In this document: piece by piece, positions 8,734 to 18,840 of the stretch | How positions within the stretch are numbered: position 1 is the first letter of the stretch | How the letters are laid out: the number at the start of each line of letters is the position of its first letter | Source: Bacteroidaceae bacterium | Lineage (GTDB): Bacteria > Bacteroidota > Bacteroidia > Bacteroidales > Bacteroidaceae | Length of the DNA stretch: 64,000 nucleotides | Assembly (NCBI GenBank): GCA_017617635.1 | Contig: JAFZVW010000029.1 | Coordinates: 814-64,813, forward strand | Direction: 5' to 3' | The notes under the pieces: model-generated | What the model saw: only the letters and a program-made list of their open reading frames with translations | The model's database searches: none | Told to the model about the DNA's origin: nothing | Translations under genes and position numbers: made by a program

Positions 8734-10863
8734 TTATTTCGATGGCTGTTTGAGCCAGCGATCAAGCCAGCGGAAGAATGTGCGTTGCCACAGTATGCCG
8801 TTCTGTGGCTTCAGTACCCAGTGGTTCTCGTCTGGGAACAGCAGCAGCTGTGCCGGAATGCCGTGCATGCGGGCTGCCGAGAATGCTGCCTGTCCCTGCG
8901 AGTGCAGGATGCGATAGTCCTTTTCTCCGTGGATGCACAGGATAGGTGTGTCCCAACGGTCCACATAGCGGTGTGGCGAGTCCATATATACGTTATGGCG
9001 TATTTTGGCCTGGGTGCCGACGGTTGCCGTGCCTGTGGCCCTGCCTGTTGCGGTGATGCCGAATTTCTCGGGTGCTCCGCCCAGGTCCCAGTTGGTGAAC
9101 CACATTTCCTCTGTTTCGTAGTATTGCTGGTCGAAGTTGAAAATGCCGTCGTGTGCAATGAATGCCTTGAAGCGCTTGTCGTGGTTGCCTGCCAGCCAGT
9201 ACACGCTGTAGCCGCCGAAGCTGGCACCTACGCATCCCAGACGTTCTTTGTCGACATACGGCTCCCTGACGATATCATCTATTGCACTCAGGTAGTCCTG
9301 CATGCATTGACCTGAATAGTCGCCGCTGATTGCCTCGTTCCACTCAAGACCGAAACCTGGCAGGCCCCGGCGGTTGGGTGCGATGATGATGTATCCGTTT
9401 GCGGCCATTATCTGGAAGTTCCAACGGTATGACCAGAACTGTGATACAGGGCTCTGGGGACCGCCTTCGCAGAAGAGCAGGGTGGGGTATTTCCTGCTCG
9501 GGTCGAAATGAGGCGGGTATATTACCCAGCAGAGTTCCTGCTTGTTGTCTGTAGTCCCGACCCAGCGCTCCTTTACGTCGCTTACGGCAAGTGTCGCATA
9601 GATGTCCTTGTTAAGGTCGGTAATCTGTGTTGCTTTCCTGTCCTTGAGCGAGATAAGATACAGGTCGTCGGGGTGCTTTATGCTGTGACGGTTGGTCAGT
9701 ATCCGGTTCTTGCCGGGTATGAAGTCGATGCTGCCGTAGTCGTATTGTCCGTCGGCAATGGTGGTGAGCCTGCATTTGAGGTCTACGGCGTAGATGCTTT
9801 CGCATCCGTGGTGTACGGCTGTGAAATACAGTTGCCTGCTGTTGGCGTTCCAGCAGAAATTGTCTACGCCTGAGCTGGTGAAGTCGCGGCTGACAAAGAT
9901 TTTCTCCCTGCTGGCCATGTCCATGACGCAGAGGCGGGCAAAGTCACTTTCGTACCCTTCGCGTGGCATGCTTGTCCATGCTATCTTGGTACCGTCCGGT
10001 GAGAAACATGGATTCTGGTCATATCCGGGCATATTGCCGCCGTTTCCGCTCTTGCTTTCCTGCTTGCACAGGTTCTGTGTCTGTCCTGTGGCAATGTCGT
10101 AGAGATATATGTCGGTGTCGGTACTGATGGCATATTCCACGCCTGTCTTTTTGCGTGAGGTATATGCTATCTGTTTGCCGTCGGGGCTCCAGCAGAACTG
10201 TTCGGTGCCGCCGAACGGAAGGACAGGGCATTCGTAGGGTTCGCCTTCCAGTATGTCCTTCATCTGGCCTATTCCGTTTTCTGTTGAGAAACTGGCGAGG
10301 AAGATGTGTGGGATTGTCTGTACGTACTGATCCCAGTGCTTGTAGTTGAGGTCGTCGATGACCAGTCCTGTTGCCTCGGGCAGGTCCTGCTCCTTGGGTT
10401 GGATGCTGGTGGTAGCGGGTATCTGGCGGATGAGTATGATTTCGCTTGCATCGGGCGAGATGAGGAAGCCCTCGATGTCGCCTGTCTGGCTGTGCTGACG
10501 GATGTCTGTGCCGTCTGTCTTCATGCTCCACACGTTGCCCTGCTGCATGTATGCTATGCGCTGTGTGCCTTGTCTGGCATTACCGAAGAAGGCGGGGTCG
10601 CTCTGGTTTGGTGCTCCCTGTTGTGTGAGCTGCCTTGTGCCTGTTCCGTCGGTATTCATGACAGAAATGACGCTATGGCTCTTATTGGCCTTGACGTCGG
10701 GTGTACTGACGGCGTATGCAATCAGGGTGCCTTCGGCATTGACGCTGCGTGCGCCCAGACGGTGCATGCTCCACAGGATTTCGGGTGTCATCAGTTCCTG
10801 TGCCTGTGATATCATGGCTACTGTTGCAATAGCTGCCATTGCAATGATTCGGTTTATTCTCAT
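8734..10863 (-). CDS. S9 family serine peptidase (prolyl oligopeptidase / acylaminoacyl-peptidase-like) with an N-terminal beta-propeller
   Basis: 709 aa with a signal peptide. Has the GASFGGY nucleophile elbow (GxSxGG) and a C-terminal alpha/beta-hydrolase region with D and H (HGEKDYRI ... DENHW). Confidence 0.8.
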   Translation of the reverse strand: MRINRIIAMAAIATVAMISQAQELMTPEILWSMHRLGARSVNAEGTLIAYAVSTPDVKANKSHSVISVMNTDGTGTRQLTQQGAPNQSDPAFFGNARQGTQRIAYMQQGNVWSMKTDGTDIRQHSQTGDIEGFLISPDASEIILIRQIPATTSIQPKEQDLPEATGLVIDDLNYKHWDQYVQTIPHIFLASFSTENGIGQMKDILEGEPYECPVLPFGGTEQFCWSPDGKQIAYTSRKKTGVEYAISTDTDIYLYDIATGQTQNLCKQESKSGNGGNMPGYDQNPCFSPDGTKIAWTSMPREGYESDFARLCVMDMASREKIFVSRDFTSSGVDNFCWNANSRQLYFTAVHHGCESIYAVDLKCRLTTIADGQYDYGSIDFIPGKNRILTNRHSIKHPDDLYLISLKDRKATQITDLNKDIYATLAVSDVKERWVGTTDNKQELCWVIYPPHFDPSRKYPTLLFCEGGPQSPVSQFWSYRWNFQIMAANGYIIIAPNRRGLPGFGLEWNEAISGDYSGQCMQDYLSAIDDIVREPYVDKERLGCVGASFGGYSVYWLAGNHDKRFKAFIAHDGIFNFDQQYYETEEMWFTNWDLGGAPEKFGITATGRATGTATVGTQAKIRHNVYMDSPHRYVDRWDTPILCIHGEKDYRILHSQGQAAFSAARMHGIPAQLLLFPDENHWVLKPQNGILWQRTFFRWLDRWLKQPSK

Positions 10864-12713
10864 TTCTTCTTCTGTTGTTCCATTTGTTCCTGAAGGGCTG
10901 CCAGGCGTGCTGCCATGCCGCTGGGCTTCTTGGCATCATTTTTGTGTGCCTCGCGGTATGCCTCGAGCTTGGCCAGAAGCTTGGCATCGTCGGTGGTCTT
11001 GCGCAGATACCACATGATCAGGATGCTTGTAAGACCGCTGAGGAAATAGTAATAGCACAGGCCTGAGGAGTAGTTGTTGAACATGAAGAAGAACATGAGC
11101 GGCATGATGTACATCATATACTGCATCATCTTCATCTGCGAGGCTTGCTCGCTGGACATCTGGTTCTGCTGCTGGCGCATGCTTATCCATGTGTTGATGA
11201 TGTTGGTGAGTGAGAACAGTATGCAGAAGATGCTCAGGTGGTCGCCAATGAGCCATATATCGGCATCCCAGCTGATTAGCTCGTCGTAGCTGCTGAGGTC
11301 CTTTGCCCATAGGAAGCTCTGTCCGCGCAATTCGATGGCGTTAGGCACGAAGTTGAACAATGCAATCCAGATAGGCGCCTGAATGAGCATTGGCAGGCAG
11401 CCGCCCATGGGGCTTACTCCGTATTCCTTGTACAGCTGCATCATCTCAGCCTGTTTCTTCATGGCATCCTCCTGCTTTGGGTATTTGGCGCTGAGTGCAT
11501 CAACCTGCGGTTTCAGGACGCGCATACGGGCAGAGGAGAGGAAGCTCTTCTTGGTGGTGGGGTATACGAGTGCCTTGACGATGATGGTGAGCAGAAGCAG
11601 CACTATGCCCATGTTCAGGCCAAAACCTTTGAGGAAGTCGAACAGCGGGAGTATTATCCAGCGGTTGATCCAGCGGAACAGCGGCCATCCGAGGTCTACA
11701 AGTTCCTCGAGCTTGGCATTGTCCTTCAGGATTGTCCTGGAGTTGTGGGCTTTCAGCAAATGGAAGTCGTTGGGACCCAGGTACATCTGCATCTTGGTCG
11801 GCTGATAGCCGTTGACGTCGAAGCTGCTGCTGAGTTGTGCGTGGTATTCCTTCAGGTCTCCGCTGCCTTTCTTGCATGACTTGGATGCCAGTGTGGCTCC
11901 GCTGTTGAAACCGTCCTGTGAGAGAAGCACGCAGCTGAAGAACTGGTTCTTGAAGGCAACCCAGTCGATATTGTTCTCGGTTGTCTCCTCGTGTTCGCCT
12001 GATGACGAGAGATCGTCTACGCTTCCGTCGCTCTCCTTGTATGTGAGTGCGGTGTAGCGGTCTTCGAAATCGAAGCCTTTCTCCTGCTGTGCTGCTATAT
12101 CATACCAGTTGGTTGCGATACCCGAGTTGGGAAGCAGAACCTTGCCCATGTTGTGGGCCTGGATGGTGATGTCTACGAGATAGCTGTCGTCGCTAAGGGC
12201 GTAGCTGATGTCCAGGCCGCACTTCTCGTCGCCAAGGCGCATGGTAACGGATTTGGGAGTCCTGTCGATGGCCTGGAATGTGAAATCGCCGGTTTCCAGA
12301 TTATCCTGTTTGCCTGCAAAGCTGAAGGTGAGGCTGTTCTTGCCCTTGCGTACGAGCTGTACGGGCTTGCCTTCCTGGTTGTTGAAATTGGGGAGGCTGA
12401 CACTCTTGACTGTACCGCCGCGGGTGGTAAGGGTGAGGTCTATGAGTCCGTTGGACAGTTGTACGTCCTGAGCCTGTGCATTGCGTGCCTCGAAGAAAAG
12501 CGCACTGCTGTCGGCAGCTTCCTGTGCCAGTTTCTCGGCCTTTGCCTTGGCCTGTGCCATTGCATTTTCCTGTGCCTTGGCATTGTTGATACTGTCCTGG
12601 CGGGCTGCTTCGATATATGCTGCCCTTTCTTCTTCGCTTGGCTGACTGTACCAGCTGAATCCGAAAACTACTGCGGCTATCAGTATAAAGCCGATAATGG
12701 TGTTTTTGTCCAT
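10860..12713 (-). CDS. yidC: Membrane protein insertase YidC (long Bacteroidetes form)
   Basis: 617 aa: N-terminal TM, large periplasmic domain, and a C-terminal conserved core (GWPLFRWINRWIILPLFDFL ... YGVSPMGGCLPMLIQAPIWIALF). ATGA overlap with the downstream peptidase gene. Confidence 0.9.
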   Translation of the reverse strand: MDKNTIIGFILIAAVVFGFSWYSQPSEEERAAYIEAARQDSINNAKAQENAMAQAKAKAEKLAQEAADSSALFFEARNAQAQDVQLSNGLIDLTLTTRGGTVKSVSLPNFNNQEGKPVQLVRKGKNSLTFSFAGKQDNLETGDFTFQAIDRTPKSVTMRLGDEKCGLDISYALSDDSYLVDITIQAHNMGKVLLPNSGIATNWYDIAAQQEKGFDFEDRYTALTYKESDGSVDDLSSSGEHEETTENNIDWVAFKNQFFSCVLLSQDGFNSGATLASKSCKKGSGDLKEYHAQLSSSFDVNGYQPTKMQMYLGPNDFHLLKAHNSRTILKDNAKLEELVDLGWPLFRWINRWIILPLFDFLKGFGLNMGIVLLLLTIIVKALVYPTTKKSFLSSARMRVLKPQVDALSAKYPKQEDAMKKQAEMMQLYKEYGVSPMGGCLPMLIQAPIWIALFNFVPNAIELRGQSFLWAKDLSSYDELISWDADIWLIGDHLSIFCILFSLTNIINTWISMRQQQNQMSSEQASQMKMMQYMMYIMPLMFFFMFNNYSSGLCYYYFLSGLTSILIMWYLRKTTDDAKLLAKLEAYREAHKNDAKKPSGMAARLAALQEQMEQQKKK

Positions 12714-12774
12714 ATCTGTGTATTGTGTTTGTTTTCTGTTATTTTATACCTTATATATATAAACTAAAGCCGCG

Positions 12775-12782
12775 CAAAGGTA
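12775..12782 (-). promoter_or_regulatory. -7 promoter box (TACCTTTG, minus strand) for yidC
   Basis: Plus strand reads caaaggta, about 60 nt upstream of the yidC ATG (12713), in the divergent intergenic region. Confidence 0.45.
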
Positions 12783-12846
12783 CGAATAAGCACTTTAAAA
12801 TCAAAATAAATACTATGCAAATATTACAAATAACAATCAAAATTCA

Positions 12847-12854
12847 TACCTTTG
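12847..12854 (+). promoter_or_regulatory. -7 promoter box TACCTTTG for the DUF3078-like gene / engB
   Basis: Exact TAnnTTTG match, 22 nt upstream of the ATG at 12876. Confidence 0.5.
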
Positions 12855-12875
12855 TAGGCGTAAATATAGCTATGT

Positions 12876-14174
12876 ATGGTCAACAGGTTATTAATGGTCA
12901 TCCTTTTTCTGGCTCCCTTGCTTGCACAGGGGCAGTCTTCCCGAGGTGTTCGTGAGAAAAAGGAGAGTAAGACATATATCCGTTATTCGCAGGAGTTGCA
13001 GAAGCTGGTACAGCAGAGGGATTCGGCTATACAGAACCCCGGTGCGGCAAAGCCGCTGAATGCCTATGCCTATCGGCTGTTCGTTCCGACCACGTTGTAC
13101 AGTTCGGCCCTGATGCAGCACTTCTCGCCTGATTCGGTGACGGTGAGGGATACTGTACTGACGATGGTAAGGGAGGCAAACGGATTGCTGGTCGGCGTAT
13201 ATGCCGGGCATCCTGAGATAGTGAAGCAGGCCGATAGCAGGATAAACAAGGCTGGTGCCATACGCGAGGATGTGGAAAAATCCCTGAAGTCGGATGTAAG
13301 TCTGGTATCAAAGGTCAAGAAAGTGCATCTGAATCCCGACCTGAGTGACGATGTCGTATTGGTTACGCGCAAGCCTAACTTTTGGACATTCAAGGGAAAT
13401 GCTTCCCTTCAGTTTACACAGAACTATGTTACTGACAACTGGTATCAGGGCGGTGAGAGCAATTATTCGGGCCTTGCAATGGCTAACCTGAATCTGAATT
13501 ACGACAACAAGCAGCGTATACAGTGGGAGAACAAGCTGGAGTTTCAGCTAGGTTTCCAGACAAACGAGTCTGATACATACCATAAGTTCAAGGCAACCAA
13601 CAACCTGATACGTCTGACCAGCAAGTTCGGCTACAAGGCTGTAAGTACGTTGTATTATACGGGACAGGTGATGACGTGGACGCAGATTGTACCGCAGTAT
13701 GACAATAACAGCATGAACCTGCGAAGCGAGTTCCTGGGACCCCTGTACCTGAACCTCTCCCTGGGTATCGATTACAAGTGGAACATCAAGCGCTTCAGCG
13801 GCAATATCTATATGGCTCCAGTGGCATACAACCTGCGATACATAAGCAATGGCGACCTGTGGTACAAGCATGGTATTCCCGAAGGCAAGCATTCCCTGCA
13901 CGATGCAGGTAGCAGTATTCAGATAAACTGGAAGGTGGAAATCTGGAAGAACATCAACTGGCAGAGCCGTATGTATTTCTTTACGAACTACAGCTACGTC
14001 AACTACGAGTGGGAGAATACCGTCAACTTCACTATCAACCGCTACATGAGTACCAAACTGTTCCTGTATCCGCGTATTGATACCAGCCGTGATTTCAGCA
14101 ACGGGGTAGAGGGGCGCAGCAAGCACTTCATGTTCAAGGAGTGGCTAAGCCTGGGGTTGAATTATAATTTTTAA
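12876..14174 (+). CDS. Outer-membrane protein, DUF3078-like
   Basis: 432 aa with a signal peptide. FTQNYVTDNWYQGGESNYSG resembles the DUF3078 hallmark (family recalled from memory). The beta-rich sequence ends in an aromatic residue (LNYNF). Confidence 0.55.
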   Translation: MVNRLLMVILFLAPLLAQGQSSRGVREKKESKTYIRYSQELQKLVQQRDSAIQNPGAAKPLNAYAYRLFVPTTLYSSALMQHFSPDSVTVRDTVLTMVREANGLLVGVYAGHPEIVKQADSRINKAGAIREDVEKSLKSDVSLVSKVKKVHLNPDLSDDVVLVTRKPNFWTFKGNASLQFTQNYVTDNWYQGGESNYSGLAMANLNLNYDNKQRIQWENKLEFQLGFQTNESDTYHKFKATNNLIRLTSKFGYKAVSTLYYTGQVMTWTQIVPQYDNNSMNLRSEFLGPLYLNLSLGIDYKWNIKRFSGNIYMAPVAYNLRYISNGDLWYKHGIPEGKHSLHDAGSSIQINWKVEIWKNINWQSRMYFFTNYSYVNYEWENTVNFTINRYMSTKLFLYPRIDTSRDFSNGVEGRSKHFMFKEWLSLGLNYNF

Positions 14175-14204
14175 TTCATAATTCATAATTCATAATCCGT
14201 AATT
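14173..14204. repeat. Tandem heptamer array, AATTCAT x3 plus AATCCGT
   Basis: aattcat aattcat aattcat aatccgt aatt fills the whole gap between the stop at 14174 and the engB ATG at 14205. Confidence 0.9.
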
Positions 14205-14864
14205 ATGATAATAAGGAACGCCGAGTATTTTATTTCCAGCGAGAAAGTATCCCAGTGTCCTGCCAAGGGCTTGCCGGAGTATGCCTTTATCGGTCGCAGT
14301 AATGTAGGCAAGAGTTCGCTTATCAATATGCTTACCGGTAACGGCAAACTTGCCAAGACAAGTGCCACACCCGGCAAGACGATGCTGATTAACCATTTTC
14401 TGATAAACGGTCGTAGTGACCGTGATATTGAGAAGCGGATACAGCCGGGATCGTGGTTCCTTGTTGACTTGCCCGGCTATGGCTATGCCAAGCGCAGCAA
14501 GAAGGCGCAGGACAATCTTGAGCAGATGATTTCGTCCTACATCCTGGAGCGTATGGATATGACGTTGCTCTTTGTTTTGGTTGATTCGCGTCACGAACCG
14601 CAGAAGATAGATCTGGAGTTTATTCAGTGGCTTGGAGAGAACGGTGTGCCATTCTCCATTGTGTTTACCAAGGCTGACAAGCTCTCGAAAGGCAAGCTTA
14701 GCGACAATGTCCAGAAATACATCAGCCGCCTGATGGAGGATTGGGAGGAAATACCTCCGTATTTTATTACCAGTAGCGAAACACGGCAGGGACGTGAAGG
14801 ACTGCTGGATTATATACAGGAAATCAACCGGAGCCTGCTTGAACAGAGTGATACAAATGAATAA
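14205..14864 (+). CDS. engB: Ribosome-biogenesis GTPase YihA/EngB (YsxC)
   Basis: 219 aa. G1 motif [20 protein letters not shown] (G3) and TKADK (G4). Confidence 0.9.
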   Translation: MIIRNAEYFISSEKVSQCPAKGLPEYAFIGRSNVGKSSLINMLTGNGKLAKTSATPGKTMLINHFLINGRSDRDIEKRIQPGSWFLVDLPGYGYAKRSKKAQDNLEQMISSYILERMDMTLLFVLVDSRHEPQKIDLEFIQWLGENGVPFSIVFTKADKLSKGKLSDNVQKYISRLMEDWEEIPPYFITSSETRQGREGLLDYIQEINRSLLEQSDTNE

Positions 14865-14958
14865 TGGACCGCTTCACAGCGATCCATTATCATCCTTTAG
14901 GTATTAGTTTGTTTAAGGTAAAAAGATTGAATCTTTAAGGTTAACCGCTACAAAGATA

Positions 14959-14982
14959 CTGTCTTTTCCGAAAAAAAGACAG
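14959..14982 (-). terminator. Hairpin downstream of the BadF-type ATPase gene
   Basis: ctgtctttt / aaaagacag stem with loop ccgaaa. On the minus strand it is followed by a T-rich run, 29 nt past the stop at 15011. Confidence 0.45.
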
Positions 14983-15010
14983 ACCTTTGGATATGTTTGA
15001 TAACATGTTT

Positions 15011-15826
15011 TCAGTATTTTTGGTGGTAAACCAGCATTTCCTGGGCCGGACGTGCCAGAATGTGCCCCATCTTCATACCGCATGTCTCGCAGCTTGACTG
15101 TATTTCGGAAGCAAAGCTGTTGGCTATTCCGCCTACGAAATTGACTGGCAGGTCAGGCCTGTCATACCGTGCTGCGTTGCGTGTCAGGAAACGTGTGAAT
15201 TCGTCCCTCAGCATCTCGCTCACGGCAGGGTCGGTGTGGTTCTGCGAGATGAAAGGCACAAGCGATGCAAGGTATCGGTTGGGTTGCGGCTGACGGTACA
15301 CTCGGTCGATAACGTCCGAAATGCCTGTCTCGTAAGCATCCTGGAAACGGTCCCACAGATGGGTGAGCGAACCTTTCAGCATTTCGCTTATCAGACGTCT
15401 GCCCAGGACGGCTCCGCTGCCCTCGTCGCCCAGTATGAATCCCAGTGGCGGGATATTGCTGATAATCTGTCCGTCACGGCACAGGCACGAGTTGCTGCCG
15501 GTTCCCAGTATGCAGGCAATTCCCTCGTCCCTTTGGCATAGTGCGCGTGCTGCACCCAGCAGGTCCGAGGCAACTTCTATGCGGCTTTGGGGGAATACCT
15601 CGGCAAGAGCCTCGCGTACACTGGAGATGAATGGCTCTATGCATCCGGCTCCGTAGAAGAATATGTCCGATACCTCGGTACAAAGCGAGGGCATCAACTC
15701 TGTACGTATGATGTCCAGGATGTGTTCCTTCCTGTCACGTACAGGGTTGATGCCCTGTGTCTCTATACTTTGTGATTCAGTTATCCACTGTGTCTTTGTG
15801 GAGCCGCTGTCTGCTACAAGTATCAT
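15011..15826 (-). CDS. BadF/BadG/BcrA/BcrD-type ATPase (N-acetylglucosamine-kinase-like)
   Basis: 271 aa. The N-terminal MILVADSGSTKTQW is an ASKHA phosphate-1 motif; GTGSNS and ILGDEGSG motifs are also present. Confidence 0.7.
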   Translation of the reverse strand: MILVADSGSTKTQWITESQSIETQGINPVRDRKEHILDIIRTELMPSLCTEVSDIFFYGAGCIEPFISSVREALAEVFPQSRIEVASDLLGAARALCQRDEGIACILGTGSNSCLCRDGQIISNIPPLGFILGDEGSGAVLGRRLISEMLKGSLTHLWDRFQDAYETGISDVIDRVYRQPQPNRYLASLVPFISQNHTDPAVSEMLRDEFTRFLTRNAARYDRPDLPVNFVGGIANSFASEIQSSCETCGMKMGHILARPAQEMLVYHQKY

Positions 15827-15843
15827 GAGCCGGGACCTGTAGC

Positions 15844-16215
15844 TTACTGTGCAGCAGACTCAGGTGCAGTTGCCTGACCGTTTGTCTGTGCCTCGCCTGG
15901 TGCTGCTGCAGGAGCTGTTTCCTGTGTTGCTGCAGGTGCTGCAACGGGAGCAGGTACCTCGACACTCTGCATTACGCTCTGTTCGGCTGTTGCCGAGGGC
16001 AGGAAAGCTACGCTTATGACACTCAGGAATACCATGATGCCTGCCAGTGTCCATGTAGCCTTCTCGATGAAATTTGTGGTCTTGTGTACGCCCAGTGACT
16101 GGTTTGCGCTGGCATAGTCAGCAGCCAGGCCACCGCCTTTGCTCTCCTGAATCAGCACGATCAGGCACATGAGTACGCTTGCCAGAATAATCAGAATTAC
16201 AGTTGTTGTGTACAT
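15844..16215 (-). CDS. secG: Preprotein translocase subunit SecG
   Basis: 123 aa. The N-terminal TM is followed by LIQESKGGGLA, then a second TM and a low-complexity Ala/Pro tail. Confidence 0.85.
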   Translation of the reverse strand: MYTTTVILIILASVLMCLIVLIQESKGGGLAADYASANQSLGVHKTTNFIEKATWTLAGIMVFLSVISVAFLPSATAEQSVMQSVEVPAPVAAPAATQETAPAAAPGEAQTNGQATAPESAAQ

Positions 16216-16254
16216 AGTTATTTTTCAGTTTTTTATGTGTTTCCTATTGTCTTG

Positions 16255-16998
16255 TCAGGCTTGCTCATTCTCGATTAATTTCTCGAGGAAGCGCATTTGG
16301 TCTGCAAAGTAACGATTTTTTTCCGGATATTTCAAGGAAATACGCCTTATAATTTCGATTGCCTTGTCAAATTTGTGCTGTTTGATGTAAATTCGGGCCA
16401 TAGCCTCGGTCAAAATAGCCGTACCTGTATCGGATTTGCTGTCGGCATAATCCTTCTTGCGGCTCTTTGGCTCGTCATCCTCGTCCTCGTCCACGTCTCC
16501 CAGTGTAAAGCGTCCGTCGTTGTCGTTCAGGAACTGGTCGATATAGTCGCCTCCGGCCATGGCCGATACAGGAGCCGTTTCCTGGCTTTCCATACGTGTC
16601 AGGTAGGACATGTAGTCCACTGTGGCATCAACATAGCTGGCACACGGTGCAGTCGTCTCCTCGGGCAATGTGTCCAGGAAATTGTCTATCAGGTTGTTTG
16701 TACGGTCACCGCCTAAGTCCTCGTCTTCAGCGCGTGATGTACGCAATATCGGGCTGTCGGGCATTGAACCTGGAGCCTGGAACAACTCGAACAGGGTGGA
16801 GCGTGAAGGTACGTACACGGCTGCCTTGCGCAACTCCTCGTTGAAGCGTGAGTCATGCATCTGATAAAGTGTGCGCAGGAGCATTATGCGTGCAGCATGG
16901 TAATATGGATACTTGTCCACCACGCCTTGCAGGAAATCCAATGCCTGCGAATCCAGTGTCTCGGGTTGTCTTATATAGTCAATGACTTGTTTGCCCAT
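16255..16998 (-). CDS. Conserved hypothetical protein with a C-terminal TPR-like helix pair and an acidic middle
   Basis: 247-aa ATG ORF between lptE and secG. AMARIYIKQHKFDKAIEIIRRISLKYPEKNRYFADQMRFLE looks TPR-like. Confidence 0.5.
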   Translation of the reverse strand: MGKQVIDYIRQPETLDSQALDFLQGVVDKYPYYHAARIMLLRTLYQMHDSRFNEELRKAAVYVPSRSTLFELFQAPGSMPDSPILRTSRAEDEDLGGDRTNNLIDNFLDTLPEETTAPCASYVDATVDYMSYLTRMESQETAPVSAMAGGDYIDQFLNDNDGRFTLGDVDEDEDDEPKSRKKDYADSKSDTGTAILTEAMARIYIKQHKFDKAIEIIRRISLKYPEKNRYFADQMRFLEKLIENEQA

Positions 16999-17023
16999 TA
17001 TCTTCTCATCTATAAGCAGTTAA

Positions 17024-17557
17024 CTACCAGTTTGCAACGGTTTTGTTGAATATCTGGTCAGTAATGTCCTTGCACATCTCGTTTACCAGTTCCTCCTGTA
17101 CGGTCACCAGCTGCTGCCTGGCATCGTATGTCGATGTAGCACTGAATTTCTGTTCAAAGTCCTCGGCATGGTTGCTGTTGTTCGTAAAGCGAACGTTTAC
17201 TGTCATGCGCAGCTGTACCTGACTGCTGTATCCGTCGTTGGATATACCCTTGTTGAACTGGTCGAATGCCGTAATCTCGCCCTCCAGCACCAGGTCGCCG
17301 TTCTTCTTCACCTGGCGCAGTCGCGTCTGACTGGCGAAGATATCCGTCAGCCTGTTCTGGAATATACCCTGCATAGGAGCCCAGACGTATACACTGCGAA
17401 TGGGGAAGGCACCTATCTGTATGGTCTTGACCTTGGTATAGTCGATGCTGGCTCCGTTGAATTTATAGCCTATGGAGCAGGCAGTGATGCATGTCAGCAC
17501 AACTGCCGATACGCATACTGTTGATATACTGCAGGCTATTTTACTCTTCAATCCCAT
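17024..17557 (-). CDS. lptE: LPS-assembly lipoprotein LptE family
   Basis: 177 aa with lipobox LTCITAC. Sits in the conserved Bacteroidetes context (sigma-54 activator upstream, secG downstream); size and beta-rich sequence fit. Confidence 0.6.
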   Translation of the reverse strand: MGLKSKIACSISTVCVSAVVLTCITACSIGYKFNGASIDYTKVKTIQIGAFPIRSVYVWAPMQGIFQNRLTDIFASQTRLRQVKKNGDLVLEGEITAFDQFNKGISNDGYSSQVQLRMTVNVRFTNNSNHAEDFEQKFSATSTYDARQQLVTVQEELVNEMCKDITDQIFNKTVANW

Positions 17558-18785
17558 AGTCGTTGATCTTACGGTACAGAGTCCTTTCGCTTATGCCCAG
17601 AAGCTGTGCTGCCACCTTGCGGCGGTTATGGCTTTGCTGCAGAGCCTTTACAATCATTTTCTTCTCCATTTCCTCGATGTTCAGCGACTCCTCGTCGGTA
17701 ACCTCCTCGATGTCGTCATAATCGGGCAGGGGAACTGTTGACGACTGCGTGCTGACAGTATCCGGCGCAGCATAGTGAGGCACGTAGCTCTGATCCTCCA
17801 ACTGCAGTGTAGGTTTGGCCTTGGGCTTGTCATCCGATGTGCCGAACGTAGCATTCTTCAGCTGTTCCACCTCACTGCGCAACTGCATTACTGCATTCAG
17901 CAGGAACTTTATCTGGTTCTCCCAGTCGTGACGGCCGCCCTCGCTGTCAGCCTTCCCTATACGGGCCATTGCAAAGCTCTCTCCGCCACCTACGGTGATA
18001 CCATAGCGCTCCAGTGTTTTGGGAGTAATGTGGACGCTGCCGCGCTCCAGTATGCTTATCTGCTCTACAATGTTACGCAACTGGCGCACGTTTCCCGGCC
18101 ACTTGTACTGCATTACAACCTTTTCGGCATCCTCGGTCAGCCTGATAGGCTCGGGAATCCGGTACCGGCGTGCGGTTTCCATTGCGAACATCTTGAACAG
18201 CAGTACGCTGTCTATGCCCCGGTCACGCAATGCAGGCATCTGTATGTTTATGGTACACAGGCGATAGTACAGGTCCTCGCGGAAACGTCCCTCGCGTATT
18301 GCCGAAGGCAGGTCCACGTTCGTGGCAGCCACTATGCGCACATTGGTCTTGCGCGGAGTATCGCTGCCCACACGGATATATTCGCCGGTTTCCAGTACAC
18401 GCAGCAGGCGTGCCTGGGTAGTGATGGGCAGTTCGCCTATTTCATCCAGGAACAGCGTTCCGCCGTCGGCCGCACCGAAATATCCCTCACGCTCATCAAT
18501 GGCCCCGGTGTATGACCCCTTCTCATGGCCGAACAGCTCACTGTCAATAGTACCTTCGGGAATGCTGCCGCAGTTTATTGCAATATAGCGTCCCGTACGG
18601 CGCAGGCTGGCATCATGTATGATTCTCGGAATTATTTCCTTGCCCACACCGCTTTCGCCCTGAATCAGCACACTCAGGTCAGTTGAAGCTACCTGCAGCG
18701 CCGTATCCAGCGCCATATCCAGCTTCTCGTCGCGTCCCACAATGCGGTATCGCTGTTTAATATCCTGTATTGCCGATGTATCCAT
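17541..18785 (-). CDS. Sigma-54-dependent transcriptional activator (AAA+ plus Fis-type HTH, no N-terminal sensor domain)
   Basis: Walker A GESGVGKE, the GAFTGA-equivalent loop GSYTGA, Walker B LFLDEIGEL, and a C-terminal HTH (NRRKVAAQLLGISERTLYRKI). I start it at the ATG at 18785; the track start at 18791 is GTG. Confidence 0.85.
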   Translation of the reverse strand: MDTSAIQDIKQRYRIVGRDEKLDMALDTALQVASTDLSVLIQGESGVGKEIIPRIIHDASLRRTGRYIAINCGSIPEGTIDSELFGHEKGSYTGAIDEREGYFGAADGGTLFLDEIGELPITTQARLLRVLETGEYIRVGSDTPRKTNVRIVAATNVDLPSAIREGRFREDLYYRLCTINIQMPALRDRGIDSVLLFKMFAMETARRYRIPEPIRLTEDAEKVVMQYKWPGNVRQLRNIVEQISILERGSVHITPKTLERYGITVGGGESFAMARIGKADSEGGRHDWENQIKFLLNAVMQLRSEVEQLKNATFGTSDDKPKAKPTLQLEDQSYVPHYAAPDTVSTQSSTVPLPDYDDIEEVTDEESLNIEEMEKKMIVKALQQSHNRRKVAAQLLGISERTLYRKINDYGIEE

Positions 18786-18805
18786 AGTCACTTATTATCA
18801 GTTCG

Positions 18806-18813
18806 CAAAATTA
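18806..18813 (-). promoter_or_regulatory. -7 promoter box (TAATTTTG, minus strand) for the sigma-54 activator operon
   Basis: Plus strand reads caaaatta, 21 nt upstream of the ATG at 18785. Confidence 0.45.
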
Positions 18814-18840
18814 TGCTTTTTTTTTCAATTGACCAAAAAA

